64,000 nt of DNA from Dehalococcoidia bacterium. Its GTDB lineage: Bacteria; Chloroflexota; Dehalococcoidia; SM23-28-2; RBG-16-64-32. The translations under genes and the position numbers were made by a program. The notes below the pieces were generated by a model that was not told where the DNA came from, searched no databases, and was given only the letters and a program-made list of their open reading frames with translations. Below are positions 54,379 through 64,000 of the stretch, one piece after another. The DNA lies in the NCBI GenBank assembly GCA_040882565.1, contig JBBEAZ010000024.1, forward strand, positions 196,857-260,856, in the 5' to 3' direction. Position 1 is the stretch's first letter; the number at the start of each line of letters is the position of its first letter.

Positions 54379-55422
54379 TTACAAGATCAGGTGCACATCC
54401 CCGAACTCGTGCCAAAAGTAACCTTCGTGCAGCGCCGCTTCGTACGCCATCCGCAGGTGCTCCCTGCCGACGATAGCTTCCAGCATCCAGAGGTGGCTCG
54501 CGCGCGGCTCGTGGAAGCCGGTGAGCAGGCCGTCGATAGCGCGCACACCGCGCTCCGGCGTCACGATCAGGTTCGCCCAGCCGCTCCCGGGGATGACCCC
54601 GCCCTGGCTCGTCGCCACGGACTCCAGCGCCCGCACAACCGTCGTCCCCACGGCGATCACGCGCCCGCCGGCGACACGCGTCGCGTTCACAGCCTGTGCT
54701 GTTTCCACAGACACGTCGAACCACTCCTCGTACGGAGCCTCGTGGGTCTCGAGGCTTGCGACGCCGCAGTGTAGTGTCAGCGTCGCCCAGCCCACGCCGT
54801 TCGCGCGAAGCGAATCGATCACCCGCTCGCTGAACGGGCGCCCGGCGGACGGCATCTCCGCCGACCCGGGGTGGCGCGCGTACACCGTCTGGTAGGCATC
54901 GAGTCGCCACTCACGCGCGGCATACGGGTACTGAATCGGCTTCCCGTGCGCCGCCAGGTACTCGAGCACCGGGACCGGCGTCTGCATTGTCGCCAGCCAC
55001 AAACGCTGCGAGTCTCGGTACCGTTCGATCAAGCGCGCTCTCGCGCCTGCCGGCAGCACCAAGCGCTCGCCGGATCGGGCTTGCGTCTTGCGCGGCTCGA
55101 CAATCCACGTGTTATGGCTGAGCCGCGTGGACAGGTGCAGGTCGATCACGGATCCGTCGTCTCGCTCCGCCCTGAGCGCTGCCGGGATTGTGGCCGAATC
55201 GTTGGCCACGACCAGGTCGCCGGGGCGCAGGAAGCTCGCGAGGTCCCGGAAGCCCGCGTGCGTCACGCTGTCGTCCGCGCGGTGGCTGACCAGGAGCCGC
55301 ACCTCATCGCGGGCCAGGCCGCGGCTCTCGGGCGGCCCGCTCGCTTCGAGTTCCTTCGGCAGATCGAACGCCGGCACCGCCGCCGGACGCACGTCGCTCT
55401 CCGCACCCGCAACGGCGATCAT
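54379..55422 (-). CDS. queA: S-adenosylmethionine:tRNA ribosyltransferase-isomerase
   Basis: ORF trimmed to ATG 55422 (overlaps the SDR stop). LVANDSATIPAAL, GSAEMPSAGRPFS, TLHCGVASLE, VIAVGTTVVRALES and GFHEPRASHLWMLEA are QueA motifs. Confidence 0.8.
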   Translation of the reverse strand: MIAVAGAESDVRPAAVPAFDLPKELEASGPPESRGLARDEVRLLVSHRADDSVTHAGFRDLASFLRPGDLVVANDSATIPAALRAERDDGSVIDLHLSTRLSHNTWIVEPRKTQARSGERLVLPAGARARLIERYRDSQRLWLATMQTPVPVLEYLAAHGKPIQYPYAAREWRLDAYQTVYARHPGSAEMPSAGRPFSERVIDSLRANGVGWATLTLHCGVASLETHEAPYEEWFDVSVETAQAVNATRVAGGRVIAVGTTVVRALESVATSQGGVIPGSGWANLIVTPERGVRAIDGLLTGFHEPRASHLWMLEAIVGREHLRMAYEAALHEGYFWHEFGDVHLIL

Positions 55423-56141
55423 CAGCCGATCGCTCCGGCGGCGACTTCCTGCGCCTTGACGCGGCTGAACGCCGCCGTCTCGTTCTCGACCAGTTGCACG
55501 AAAGCAGGCGCTGCAGCCTGTGGACCCGGCAGGCCCGACAGGTCCACGCCCGGCTCCGCCAGTTCGTGCATCACGGTGTTCATGTCGCCCGGGTCGACGA
55601 CGTGTACGCGCACCCCGCTTCCTTCGAGTTCGGCGGCCAGCGTCCGTGAGAGGTGCTCGAGTGCTGCCTTGCTCGCGCCGTAGCCGCCCCATCCCCGATA
55701 TGCCTCGACGCCCGCGTCCGATGTGACGTTGATGATCACGCCGCTGCCGCGCGCCTTCATCCCCGGTAGCACGAGTTGCACGAGGTGCAGAGGCGCCAGC
55801 AAGTTCACCCGCAGCACCTGTTCCAGGTCCTGCCAGCGGTAGTCCTTCAGCGCCGGCATCGGGCTGGGCCCGAGCTCCGAGGCGTTGTTAACCAGCACGT
55901 CGATCCGCCCGAACCGCGCGAGGCCCGCGTCCACTAGACGCTCTGCGTCCTGGGCCACGTCCACCGCCAGCGCCAACACTTCCGTCTGCGCGGCCAGCTC
56001 CCGCGCCGCCGTGTTCAGCGCCTCTGCGCCCCGCGCCGCGATCACCAGCCGCGCGCCACGCGCCGCGTATTCGCGCGCCACGGCCAACCCCAGACCCCGG
56101 GATGCGCCGGTGACTAGCGCCACGCTCTCGTTCAGTTTCAT
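55422..56141 (-). CDS. SDR family oxidoreductase
   Basis: VALVTGASRGLGLAVA (TGxxxGxG), NNAS, YGASKAAL (YxxxK). Confidence 0.85.
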   Translation of the reverse strand: MKLNESVALVTGASRGLGLAVAREYAARGARLVIAARGAEALNTAARELAAQTEVLALAVDVAQDAERLVDAGLARFGRIDVLVNNASELGPSPMPALKDYRWQDLEQVLRVNLLAPLHLVQLVLPGMKARGSGVIINVTSDAGVEAYRGWGGYGASKAALEHLSRTLAAELEGSGVRVHVVDPGDMNTVMHELAEPGVDLSGLPGPQAAAPAFVQLVENETAAFSRVKAQEVAAGAIG

Positions 56142-56284
56142 CGGTCTCTCCTTTCGAGCCTTCGCCCGCTCGTTTCTACCTCCAAGCTACGAGCGGATGC
56201 GGCCCCCTGCCACGAGTCCACGGGCCTAGCTAACGTCGGGAATGAGTCCTAAGACTGGACGTGCAAGAGGCGCCCCGCGGGGCG

Positions 56285-56935
56285 CTAGTCCGTCTCGAAG
56301 AGACGCTGGCGTACGGCGTAGAGGGCGGCCTGCGTACGGTCCGCAAGGTGCAGCTTCTGGAGGATGTTGCTGACGTGCGTCTTCACGGTCTTCTCCGCCA
56401 CGCCCAACTCCAGCGCGATCTCGCGGTTCGATTGGCCACGCGCGATCAGCTCCAGCACTCCCATCTCGCGCTCTGTTAGAGCGTCCGGTTGCGCCGGTTC
56501 GCGCTTGCCCGTGGCGAACTCTTGCATCAGCTTGGCCGCGACGGCCGGGTGCAACAGCGCGTCGCCCCGGTAGACCGTGCGGATCGCGTCGCCCAATTCC
56601 GACGGCTGCACGTCCTTGAGGAGGTATCCCGCCGCACCGGCCTTCACCGCCGCGAAGACCTTATCTTCCTCCATGAAGCTCGTCACCACCAGAACCCGAG
56701 TCGACGGGCTTACCGCCCTGATCTCGCGCGTCGCCTCGATCCCGTCCTTGCCCGGCATCACGAGGTCCATCACGACGACGTCCGGCACCAGCTCCGCGGC
56801 CAGCCGCACCGCCTCAGCGCCGTCCGCGGCCTCGCCGACGACCTCGATGTCGTCTTGCAACTGAAGGAACGTCCGCAGTCCCTGGCGCACGACTGCGTGG
56901 TCGTCAGCGATCAGCACTCGGATCTCATCGGGCAA
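56285..56935 (-). CDS. NarL/LuxR family response regulator
   Basis: Receiver IRVLIADDHAVVRQGL...DVVVMDLVMPGKDG. LuxR HTH LTEREMGVLELIARGQSNREIALELGVAEKTVKTHVSNILQKL. I prefer TTG 56935 (SD ggaggtg 5 nt upstream) over ATG 56968. Confidence 0.85.
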   Translation of the reverse strand: MPDEIRVLIADDHAVVRQGLRTFLQLQDDIEVVGEAADGAEAVRLAAELVPDVVVMDLVMPGKDGIEATREIRAVSPSTRVLVVTSFMEEDKVFAAVKAGAAGYLLKDVQPSELGDAIRTVYRGDALLHPAVAAKLMQEFATGKREPAQPDALTEREMGVLELIARGQSNREIALELGVAEKTVKTHVSNILQKLHLADRTQAALYAVRQRLFETD

Positions 56936-58061
56936 GCGGCACCTCCAGCTCGACGCGCGTCCCGTCATCGCTCGACTCCACCCACAGCTCGCCGCCCAGC
57001 TCCTCCGCGCGCTCCTCCATCGAGGTCAGCCCGAGGCGCCGCGACCGTATCCCCGCGTCCTGCGGATCGAACCCACGGCCGTCGTCCTCGACGCGCAACC
57101 GCACGCGACCATCGCTGACGCCGATGTCCATCGTGATCTGCGCAGCCTCGGAGTGCTTGACCGCGTTGTTCAGCGCCTCCTGCGCGATCCTCAACAGCTG
57201 CCGCTCGACGTCGACCGGCTGCACGACGTAGCCGTCGCTCCGTAACTCGATCTGCTTGTGCGAGACGCGCCGCACGACGTCGACGTGCTTGCGTAGTGTC
57301 GCCAGCAGGCCTTCCGACTCCAGTTCCGCCGGCCGCAGCTCGAAGACCAGCGAGCGCATCTCCTCGCCCGCCTGCCGCGCGAGGTCCCGTAGGATCTCCG
57401 CCTGCGCGCGGGCGCTCGCCGGCTCCTGCTCGACAAGTTGCGCCGTCGCTTCTGCCGTCAGCGCAATGCTGAACAGCGTCTGCGTGACGCTATCGTGCAG
57501 CTCGCGCGCCAGCCGCGTCCGCTCTTCGACTGCGCTCAGCTCGCGGCTCCGCTCGTGCAGCCGCGCGTTCTCGATCGCCACTGCCGCGTGCGCTGCCAGC
57601 ATCTCGATCGTCTCCTGGTCGTCCGCCGTGAACTCGCGCTCGCCCAGCTTGTCGGTGAGGTAAAACGCCGCGATCACCTTGCCCTTGGACACGATCGGCA
57701 CGCCGAGGAACGACGACATGCGCGGGTGCGCTTCCGGCCACCACTCGAAGCGGGGGTCCTTGCGGATGTCCTGCGTGCGGTAGGGCGCCGTCTCCTGCAG
57801 CATCGCGGCCAGCAGCCCGTGGCGTCGCGGAAGCGGACCGATTTTCGCGACGAGCTCGTCGCTCATGCCTGTGTAGATGAACTCGCGGAAGCCCTCGCCG
57901 TCCTCGTCCGGCACCCCGAGCGCCGCGTAACGAGCGTCGACCAGCGAACGGGCGCTCTCAACCAGCATCCGCAGACTGCGTTCCGGCCGCGGCTCCGCCA
58001 GGATTGCGAGGACCGCCTCGCTTATCGCCCGCAGCAGCTCCCGGTCACTCGCACGCGCCAT
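56925..58061 (-). CDS. GAF domain sensor histidine kinase (HisKA_3 type)
   Basis: N-terminal GAF (ARYAALGVPDEDGEGFREFIYTGM...). H-box ARELHDSVTQTLFSI. ATPase N/G boxes (EALNNAVKHS; DDGRGF; GLTSMEERA). Confidence 0.85.
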   Translation of the reverse strand: MARASDRELLRAISEAVLAILAEPRPERSLRMLVESARSLVDARYAALGVPDEDGEGFREFIYTGMSDELVAKIGPLPRRHGLLAAMLQETAPYRTQDIRKDPRFEWWPEAHPRMSSFLGVPIVSKGKVIAAFYLTDKLGEREFTADDQETIEMLAAHAAVAIENARLHERSRELSAVEERTRLARELHDSVTQTLFSIALTAEATAQLVEQEPASARAQAEILRDLARQAGEEMRSLVFELRPAELESEGLLATLRKHVDVVRRVSHKQIELRSDGYVVQPVDVERQLLRIAQEALNNAVKHSEAAQITMDIGVSDGRVRLRVEDDGRGFDPQDAGIRSRRLGLTSMEERAEELGGELWVESSDDGTRVELEVPLAR

Positions 58062-58112
58062 CCTGCCGTCATTCTACGGCGCGGCCCTCAGCGCGGGCAT
58101 CGGCCCGCAGAC

Positions 58113-58532
58113 CTACGCCCCTGCTGCCGCCACCGCCGTCGTGCAGAATGCGCAGCGACTCGCTTCGATCGGGATCTCGCTCAGGCACTCCGGGCACTTG
58201 CGTGTCGTCGGGTCCGGCGGCTCCTCCTTCCGGAGTCGCCGCACCAGCGCGTTGTACGGCACGATTACGAAGAAGAACACCGCCGCGGCGATCGTCGCAA
58301 ACGAGAACACCGCATTGATGAACGACCCGTAGCGGAACACGCTGTCGTTGATCGTGAACGTCAGCCCGCTGAAATCCGGCTCGCCCACAATCGCCGCGAT
58401 CACCGGCGTGATCAAGTCCTCAACCAGCGACGTGACCAGCGCCCCGAACGCCACACCGATCACCACCGCCACCGCCAGGTCGACCACGTTCCCGCGCGTC
58501 AGGAACGCCTTGAACTCGTTCAGGAAACCCAT
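58113..58532 (-). CDS. mscL: Large-conductance mechanosensitive channel with C-terminal CxxC...CxxC tail
   Basis: MGFLNEFKAFLTRGNVVDLAVAVVIGVAFGALVTSLVEDLITP is canonical MscL TM1. The C-terminus KCPECLSEIPIEASRCAFCT is zinc-ribbon-like. Confidence 0.85.
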   Translation of the reverse strand: MGFLNEFKAFLTRGNVVDLAVAVVIGVAFGALVTSLVEDLITPVIAAIVGEPDFSGLTFTINDSVFRYGSFINAVFSFATIAAAVFFFVIVPYNALVRRLRKEEPPDPTTRKCPECLSEIPIEASRCAFCTTAVAAAGA

Positions 58533-58611
58533 GCCGGCACCTCCAAACGCTAGACCGTTTGGCGCACAGGATACTCCTCGCGGTCACGGCTGTGTACACT
58601 AACGGCAACTC

Positions 58612-59187
58612 ATGTCCGCGCAGCCCGAGCCCCGCACATACGGCGCGCTGCCGATGCCGCTCCAGGACGGCGAGATCATCTACGAGTTCCGCCGCCGCCA
58701 CTGGTGGTTCCTCTGGCCCCAGACCATCCTCTATGTGCTGGTGGCCATCGTCCCCGTCGCCCTCGCCTACGTCGTGCTGGACGCGATCGGCATCCAGGAC
58801 GACATCGACATCTTCTTTTGGCTCATCGCCCTCGTCTGGGTCGGCTGGTGGGCGATTCGGGCGCTCTTAAACTGGTACCGCTACTCCCACGACGTTTGGA
58901 TCGTCACCAACCAGCGCCTGATCGACAGCTTCAAGGCCCACCCCTTCAGCCACCGGCTCTCCACCGCCGACCTGATCAACGTCCAGGACATCGCCGTCAG
59001 CAAAGTCGGCCTGCTGGCCACGATGCTCAACTTCGGCGACGTCATCTGCGAGACCGCCGGCAGCAACCAGCAGTTCCGGATCATCGGCATCCCCCGCCCC
59101 GAAGCGATACAGCTGATGATCGACAAGGAACGCGACCGCGAGCGCAACCGGCTCGCGGGGCCGGGCACGGCGACCAACGCGGTCTAA
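58612..59187 (+). CDS. PH-domain (bPH_2/YdbT-like) membrane protein
   Basis: Two TM helices (WWFLWPQTILYVLVAIVPVALAYVVL; IFFWLIALVWVGWWAI). Then YSHDVWIVTNQRLIDSF......FGDVICETAG is the bPH_2 pattern. Confidence 0.65.
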   Translation: MSAQPEPRTYGALPMPLQDGEIIYEFRRRHWWFLWPQTILYVLVAIVPVALAYVVLDAIGIQDDIDIFFWLIALVWVGWWAIRALLNWYRYSHDVWIVTNQRLIDSFKAHPFSHRLSTADLINVQDIAVSKVGLLATMLNFGDVICETAGSNQQFRIIGIPRPEAIQLMIDKERDRERNRLAGPGTATNAV

Positions 59188-59319
59188 TCGCTCGTCGTCT
59201 GATCCTGTTCAGATAGATCCCGTACACCTGCGTTATAGCAGGCATGAGATTGACCCCCGGCACGAGCGCCCCGTAGACTCCTTCCACATGAACGTCGATT
59301 CACCACACAGTTGTCCTTA

Positions 59320-61293
59320 ATGTCGCACCGCCTGGTTGTTGCCTTTTCGTCACTGGCCTTCCTCGCGGCCCTGATCGGCGCCTTCCTGGCCCTCCGGGCG
59401 CCCGCTGACGCGGCCCCCATCGCCGTAGATGTCTTTACCGACGAGCTCAACACTGACGGCGATTGCTCGTTGCGCGAGGCGATTACGGCGGCCAATCAAG
59501 ACGTCGTGGTTGACGACTGCGCCGCCGACAGTGGCGCCGACACGATTACCCTGCCGGCCGGCACTTACACCCTTACGATCACCGGTCCCGATGAGGAGGC
59601 CGCCGTCACCGGCGACCTCGACGTCACGGACGACTTAACAATCAACGGCGCTGGGGCGGGCAGCACGATAATCGAGGCCTGCGCCGGCGTCCCGTGTGCG
59701 GGAGTCGACAGGGTGTTCGATGTACTGACAGGGACGGTCAGCATATCCGGCGTGACGATCCGGAACGGGGCTGCCGCCCATGGCAGCCCATTCCTCGGTA
59801 ACGGCGGCGGCATCCAGAACGCCAGTGGCAGCACGCTGACCCTCACCAGTAGCACCGTCAGCGGCAACTCGGCCACGGGCGGCGGAGGCGGTATCCGCAA
59901 CAGTGGCACCATGACGCTCACCAACAGCACCGTTAGCGGCAACACGGCGGGTGCCGGGTCTATAGCCGGCGGCATACGCAACGACGGCACTCTGACTCTG
60001 ACCAACAGCACCGTCTCCGGCAACATGGCCTCTACCGTGGGTGGGGTCGCCAACAACAATACTCTGACGCTCACCAATAGCACCGTCAGCGGCAACACGG
60101 CCACCAACTTCGACGGCGCCGGCATCTTCAACAACTCCGCCGGCACCGCGACAATCACCAACAGCACCGTCAGCGGCAACACCGCCGCAGGTCACGGCGG
60201 CGGCGTCCGCAACGACGGCGCGCTGACGCTCGCCAACAGCACCGTCAGCGGCAACACGAGTGGCATCAACGGCGGCGGCATCTTCAACTTCGGCACGACG
60301 GCCGCCACGACGATCACCAATAGCACCATTAGCAACAACACCGCCGACAATGACGCAAGCGACTCCGGCGACGGCGGCGGCATCTTCTGGTTTTCCGGTA
60401 CCGTGAACCTGAAAAACACCATCCTTGCCGGCAACCACGACCTCAGCGCTGTGCTCGTTGAGCCGGACTGCTTCGGCGAACTCACCTCCCAGGGGTACAA
60501 CCTGATTCAGACCATATCTGTCGGGTGCTTGGTCAATGGTGACACCGTCACAAACGTCACAGGGCAGAGCGCGAACCTCGCCCCACTCGCCCTCAACGCA
60601 CCGGGCACGACCGAAACACACGCAATCCAGGCAGGGAGCCCGGCGATCGACTTCGCCAGCGCAGACTGTCCCCCGCCGGCCACGGACCAGCGCGGGGTCG
60701 CCCGGCCCGACGGCAACCGGTGCGACATCGGCTCCTACGAATCGTCTTTCAGCGGCCCAACCCCGGTACCCACGCCCGTGCCCTCGCCGACACCGACGCC
60801 CTCGCCCTCACCCACCTCGACCCCCACCCCAACCGCGACCGCCACCGGCGCCGCAACCCCGACGCCAACCGCCACTGCCACCGGTGAGACCCCCACCCCC
60901 AGCGGCTCCCCCGGCAGCGTCACCCCGACCGGCTCCGTCACCGCCACACCGAGCGACACTGGGCCGACCGATACGCCCACCTCCAGCCCGGACGGCGGCC
61001 TCACCGTCACCTGGGGCGACGACAACTGCTCCGGCGAAGCCGATCCCGTCGACTCCCTCCTCACCCTCCGCCACGACGCCGGCCTCGGCGCCAACACCGG
61101 CGACTGCCCCGACTTCGGCGACTCCGTCGCGCTCCTAGTCGCCACCGCCCTCACCTGGGGCGACGTCGACTGCTCGACCAGCATCGACCCCGTAGACTCG
61201 CTCAAACTCCTCCGCTACGACGCCGGCCTGTCGGTATCGCAAGAGGCAGGCTGCCCGGAGCTCGGCGAGCAGGTCACCATCAGCACAGGCTGA
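59320..61293 (+). CDS. Secreted CSLREA/TLTNSTVSGNTA beta-helix repeat protein with PT linker and Cys-dockerin-like module
   Basis: ATG 59320 (MSHRLVVAFSSLAFLAALIGAFLALRAPADA). CSLREAITAAN. More than 10 repeats LTLTNSTVSGNTA. LAGNHD...DCFGELTSQGYNLI...APLALNAPGTTETHAI.AGSPAID...DQRGVARPDGNRCDIGSYE. Module 61012-61290 (WGDDNCSGEADPVDSLLTLRHDAGLGANTGDCPDFGDSVALLVATALTWGDVDCSTSIDPVDSLKLLRYDAGLSVSQEAGCPELGEQVTIS). Confidence 0.8.
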   Translation: MSHRLVVAFSSLAFLAALIGAFLALRAPADAAPIAVDVFTDELNTDGDCSLREAITAANQDVVVDDCAADSGADTITLPAGTYTLTITGPDEEAAVTGDLDVTDDLTINGAGAGSTIIEACAGVPCAGVDRVFDVLTGTVSISGVTIRNGAAAHGSPFLGNGGGIQNASGSTLTLTSSTVSGNSATGGGGGIRNSGTMTLTNSTVSGNTAGAGSIAGGIRNDGTLTLTNSTVSGNMASTVGGVANNNTLTLTNSTVSGNTATNFDGAGIFNNSAGTATITNSTVSGNTAAGHGGGVRNDGALTLANSTVSGNTSGINGGGIFNFGTTAATTITNSTISNNTADNDASDSGDGGGIFWFSGTVNLKNTILAGNHDLSAVLVEPDCFGELTSQGYNLIQTISVGCLVNGDTVTNVTGQSANLAPLALNAPGTTETHAIQAGSPAIDFASADCPPPATDQRGVARPDGNRCDIGSYESSFSGPTPVPTPVPSPTPTPSPSPTSTPTPTATATGAATPTPTATATGETPTPSGSPGSVTPTGSVTATPSDTGPTDTPTSSPDGGLTVTWGDDNCSGEADPVDSLLTLRHDAGLGANTGDCPDFGDSVALLVATALTWGDVDCSTSIDPVDSLKLLRYDAGLSVSQEAGCPELGEQVTISTG

Positions 61294-61338
61294 TCTGACC
61301 CTGTAACCTCCAACCCGAAAACCTGTACCCTATCCTTG

Positions 61339-63105
61339 ATGCGACTCTCCCACATGTTCGGCAAGACGCTGCGCCAGGTGCCCGCCGACGCCGAGACCGA
61401 GAGCCACAAGCTCCTCCTCCGCACGGGGATGGTCACGCCCATCTCGGCGGGCGTCTACGCCTACCTGCCGCTTGGCCTGCGCGTGCTCAAGCGCATCGAG
61501 GCGATCATCCGCGAGGAGATGGATCGCGAGGGCCCCGGCGGCCGCGCCGGCCAGGAACTGCTGATGTCGTCGCTCGTGCCGATCGAGTTCTACGAGCAGT
61601 CCGGCCGCGACAAGTCGATGGCCGAAATCCTCTTCCGCCTCACCGACCATCACGACCGCCAGTTCGCGCTAGGCCCGACGCATGAAGAGGTCTTCGTCGA
61701 CGTCTTCAAGCGCAACGTGCAGTCCTACCGCGACCTGCCGCTGATGCTCTACCAGATCGCCACCAAGTTCCGCGACGAGCCCCGGCCGCGCGGCGGGCTG
61801 ATCCGCCTGCGCCAGTTCGTGATGAAGGACCTCTACAGCTTCGACACCGACTGGGAGGGCCTCGACGTCTCCTACCAGATGATGTTCGACGCATACTTGC
61901 GGGTCTTCAGCCGCTGCAGTGTGCCCGTGATCCCGGTCCTCGCCGATTCCGGCGCGATGGGCGGCCGCGACACCCACGAGTTCCTCTACCTGACCGACAT
62001 CGGCGAGGACCACTGCCTCCTCTGCCCGAAGTGCGGCTACGCCGCCAACGCCGAGGTCGCGACCTTCGTCAAGGAGCCCGCCCACGCCGCCGAAGAGCCC
62101 GCGGCGATGGAGGAGATCGACACACCAGGCCTCACGACGATCGAGCAGCTTGCCAACCACCTCGGCGTCCCGAAGTCGAAGACCTGCAAGGCCGTGTTCT
62201 ACGAGGCCGTCTTCGCCGCCGAACAGGCGAGCGGACAAACAGGCAAACAGGGAGGAACGACCACGATCCCGGTGTTCGTGGCCATCCGCGGCGACATGGA
62301 CGTCAACGAGGCGAAGCTGCGCAACGCCCTCGGCGCGATCGAGGTCCGTTATATGGACGAGGACGCCGTCAAGAAGGCGGGCTTCGTCGCCGGCTCGGCT
62401 TCAGCGGTCGGCTTGAAGGGAATCAAGGTCGTCGCCGATGACCTCGTGACCCTGGAGCGGAACCTCGTAGCCGGCGCCAATAAGCCGGACAAGCACTTCC
62501 TCAACACGAACCACGGCCGCGACTGGCAGGCCGACATCGTCGACGACATCGCGCTGGCGGCGGGCGACATGCTCTGCGCCAACTGCCGCACGCCGATGGA
62601 CGAGCGCCGCGGGATCGAGATGGGCCAGGTCTTCAAGCTCGGCCTCAAGTACTCGGAGGCGTTCGGGGCGTACTTCCTCGACGCCGAGGGCAAGCAGCAA
62701 CCGGCGGTGATGGGCTCGTACGGCATCGGCATCGAGCGCCTCGTCGCCGCGATCATCGAGGAGAACCACGACGAGAGCGGCATCATCTGGCCGCCCGAAC
62801 TGGCGCCGTACGACGTCCACGTCGTCGCGCTCAAGACAGACGAAGCGGCGGTTCGTGAAGCAGCGGAAACGCTCGTGCGCGACCTCGAAGCGGCGGGGTT
62901 GCAAGTCCTCTACGACGACCGCGACGAGTCACCCGGCGTTAAGTTCAACGACGCCGACCTGCTGGGGATGCCCGTCCGCGCCACCGTCAGCCCGCGCAAC
63001 CTTGAGAAGGGCTCGGTTGAGCTACGCCGCCGCGCGGGCGGCGAGAACGAGCTGGTCGCGCTTGATACGGCGGTGGATGAAATCCGCGCGCGGCTCTCGC
63101 GCTAG
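61339..63105 (+). CDS. proS: Proline--tRNA ligase
   Basis: [31 protein letters not shown], class II motifs ([16 protein letters not shown]; [10 protein letters not shown]), editing insertion, C-terminal anticodon-binding domain. Confidence 0.9.
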   Translation: MRLSHMFGKTLRQVPADAETESHKLLLRTGMVTPISAGVYAYLPLGLRVLKRIEAIIREEMDREGPGGRAGQELLMSSLVPIEFYEQSGRDKSMAEILFRLTDHHDRQFALGPTHEEVFVDVFKRNVQSYRDLPLMLYQIATKFRDEPRPRGGLIRLRQFVMKDLYSFDTDWEGLDVSYQMMFDAYLRVFSRCSVPVIPVLADSGAMGGRDTHEFLYLTDIGEDHCLLCPKCGYAANAEVATFVKEPAHAAEEPAAMEEIDTPGLTTIEQLANHLGVPKSKTCKAVFYEAVFAAEQASGQTGKQGGTTTIPVFVAIRGDMDVNEAKLRNALGAIEVRYMDEDAVKKAGFVAGSASAVGLKGIKVVADDLVTLERNLVAGANKPDKHFLNTNHGRDWQADIVDDIALAAGDMLCANCRTPMDERRGIEMGQVFKLGLKYSEAFGAYFLDAEGKQQPAVMGSYGIGIERLVAAIIEENHDESGIIWPPELAPYDVHVVALKTDEAAVREAAETLVRDLEAAGLQVLYDDRDESPGVKFNDADLLGMPVRATVSPRNLEKGSVELRRRAGGENELVALDTAVDEIRARLSR

Positions 63106-64000
63106 ACGGTAGAAGCGCCGACGGGCGTGCACGTCGAGTTCGACGGCGGAACCTGCGCGACATGGCGGAGGATGATCAACGCGTCGAAGCCATTGACATC
63201 GCTGTCGCAGTTGACGTCGCCGTGGCTCGTGCAGGCCGGAGCGCTGGCAGCCTCTCCGGTCATCAGCAGGACGGCGAGAACGTCGTTCAGGTTCACGATG
63301 TGATTGCAGTCGACATCGCCCTGTAGGTCGGGCTGCGCAGTCGGCGACGGCGTGTCTGAACCGGTCGGTTCAACGGTCGGCGTCGGTGTGTTGGTTGGCG
63401 CAGGCGGCGGCGACTGTGAGGGCGCCTGCGTCGGGCTCGGCGAAGGCGTCGGAGTCGGCGACGGCGTGGGCGTTGGCGTTGGGGTCGGCGAAGGCGTGGG
63501 CGTTGGCGTTGGGGTCGGCGAAGGCGTGGGCGTTGGCGATGGCGTCGGCGTGGGGGACGGCGTCAGCGTGGGGGACGGCGTCGGGCTGGGCGTCGCCGTC
63601 TGGCCCGGGGCGAGAACCGTGGCGTCGGCGGTCGCGGAGTAAGCGGAGTTGCCGCTCTTGTTGAACGAGCGCACCTTGTAGCAGTAGTCGCCGACCGCGA
63701 GCCCCGAGGTGTAGTTCGTGTCGGTGTAGGTGAGCGTGCCGTCCTGCACCGTATCAATCAGCGAGAAGTCGCCCGCAAGGGCGGTGGCGCAGGCCTCGTT
63801 GGCGCGCCAGGTCTCGTAGCCCCACTCGCTGGCCACGTCACCCCACGTCAGCAGCACCGATGTCGTGCCGACAGCGAGCAGGAAGCCCGGCGCGGCGGGC
63901 GGCGAGCCGCCGGCCAGCGGGTACACCGACTCCGCACCCGCCTCGTCGTCCGCGCACGGCGTGTGCTGGACGCCTCCGTACGTGGCGTCCATGACAGGGC
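63102..64000 (-). CDS. FN3-domain protein with long PT linker and variant Cys-dockerin-like C-terminal module (5' end probably beyond window)
   Basis: The frame is open to the window edge. FN3-like [31 protein letters not shown]...[32 protein letters not shown]. About 85-aa (TPSP)n linker. C-terminus [22 protein letters not shown]...[28 protein letters not shown]...[10 protein letters not shown]. Its stop overlaps the proS stop (CTAG). Confidence 0.7.
   Translation of the reverse strand, partial: PVMDATYGGVQHTPCADDEAGAESVYPLAGGSPPAAPGFLLAVGTTSVLLTWGDVASEWGYETWRANEACATALAGDFSLIDTVQDGTLTYTDTNYTSGLAVGDYCYKVRSFNKSGNSAYSATADATVLAPGQTATPSPTPSPTLTPSPTPTPSPTPTPSPTPTPTPTPSPTPTPTPTPSPTPTPSPSPTQAPSQSPPPAPTNTPTPTVEPTGSDTPSPTAQPDLQGDVDCNHIVNLNDVLAVLLMTGEAASAPACTSHGDVNCDSDVNGFDALIILRHVAQVPPSNSTCTPVGASTV

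Overview
High-GC bacterial chromosomal segment (about two-thirds G+C by eye, with a few visibly lower-GC islands). It holds about 62 recognisable genes. I found no rRNA, tRNA, CRISPR array, transposase or integrase.

Core content:
- a marR-MFS efflux pair
- a MidA-like methyltransferase plus a peroxiredoxin
- a xanthine-dehydrogenase-family molybdoenzyme operon (FAD, 2Fe-2S and Mo subunits) with a MocA-like cytidylyltransferase
- DUF35 plus thiolase
- gpsA
- a complete sufB-sufC-sufD-(dinB-like)-sufS-sufU operon
- phnW-phnX
- a NifS-like desulfurase, an isolated nuoB, queA, a GAF histidine kinase/NarL pair, mscL and proS

Accessory content:
- a low-GC type II restriction-modification island (amino-methyltransferase plus Eco29kI-like GIY-YIG nuclease)
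- a Doc-type toxin pair
- a small cassette flanked by 84-bp structured direct repeats
- a GC-rich palindromic intergenic repeat present twice
- a promoter-to-terminator unit that looks like a small RNA or leader

The outstanding feature is a family of 14 genes. Ten lie in a head-to-tail array at 27958-45531. The others are at 13050, 52978, 59320 and 63102. All encode secreted modular proteins in which unrelated domains (parallel beta-helix, PD40/TolB-type propellers, lamin-tail-like, FN3, one cohesin-like) are joined by Pro/Thr/Ser linkers to a conserved ~90-aa cysteine-containing double EF-hand (dockerin-like) module. That module is kept near-identical at the DNA level between copies. The array also contains a cohesin-like member, two membrane-anchored members, a triple-frameshifted copy and a 5'-truncated copy. 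I interpret it as a candidate non-cellulosomal cohesin-dockerin-type surface assembly system that evolves by module shuffling and gene conversion. This is inference from sequence patterns only.
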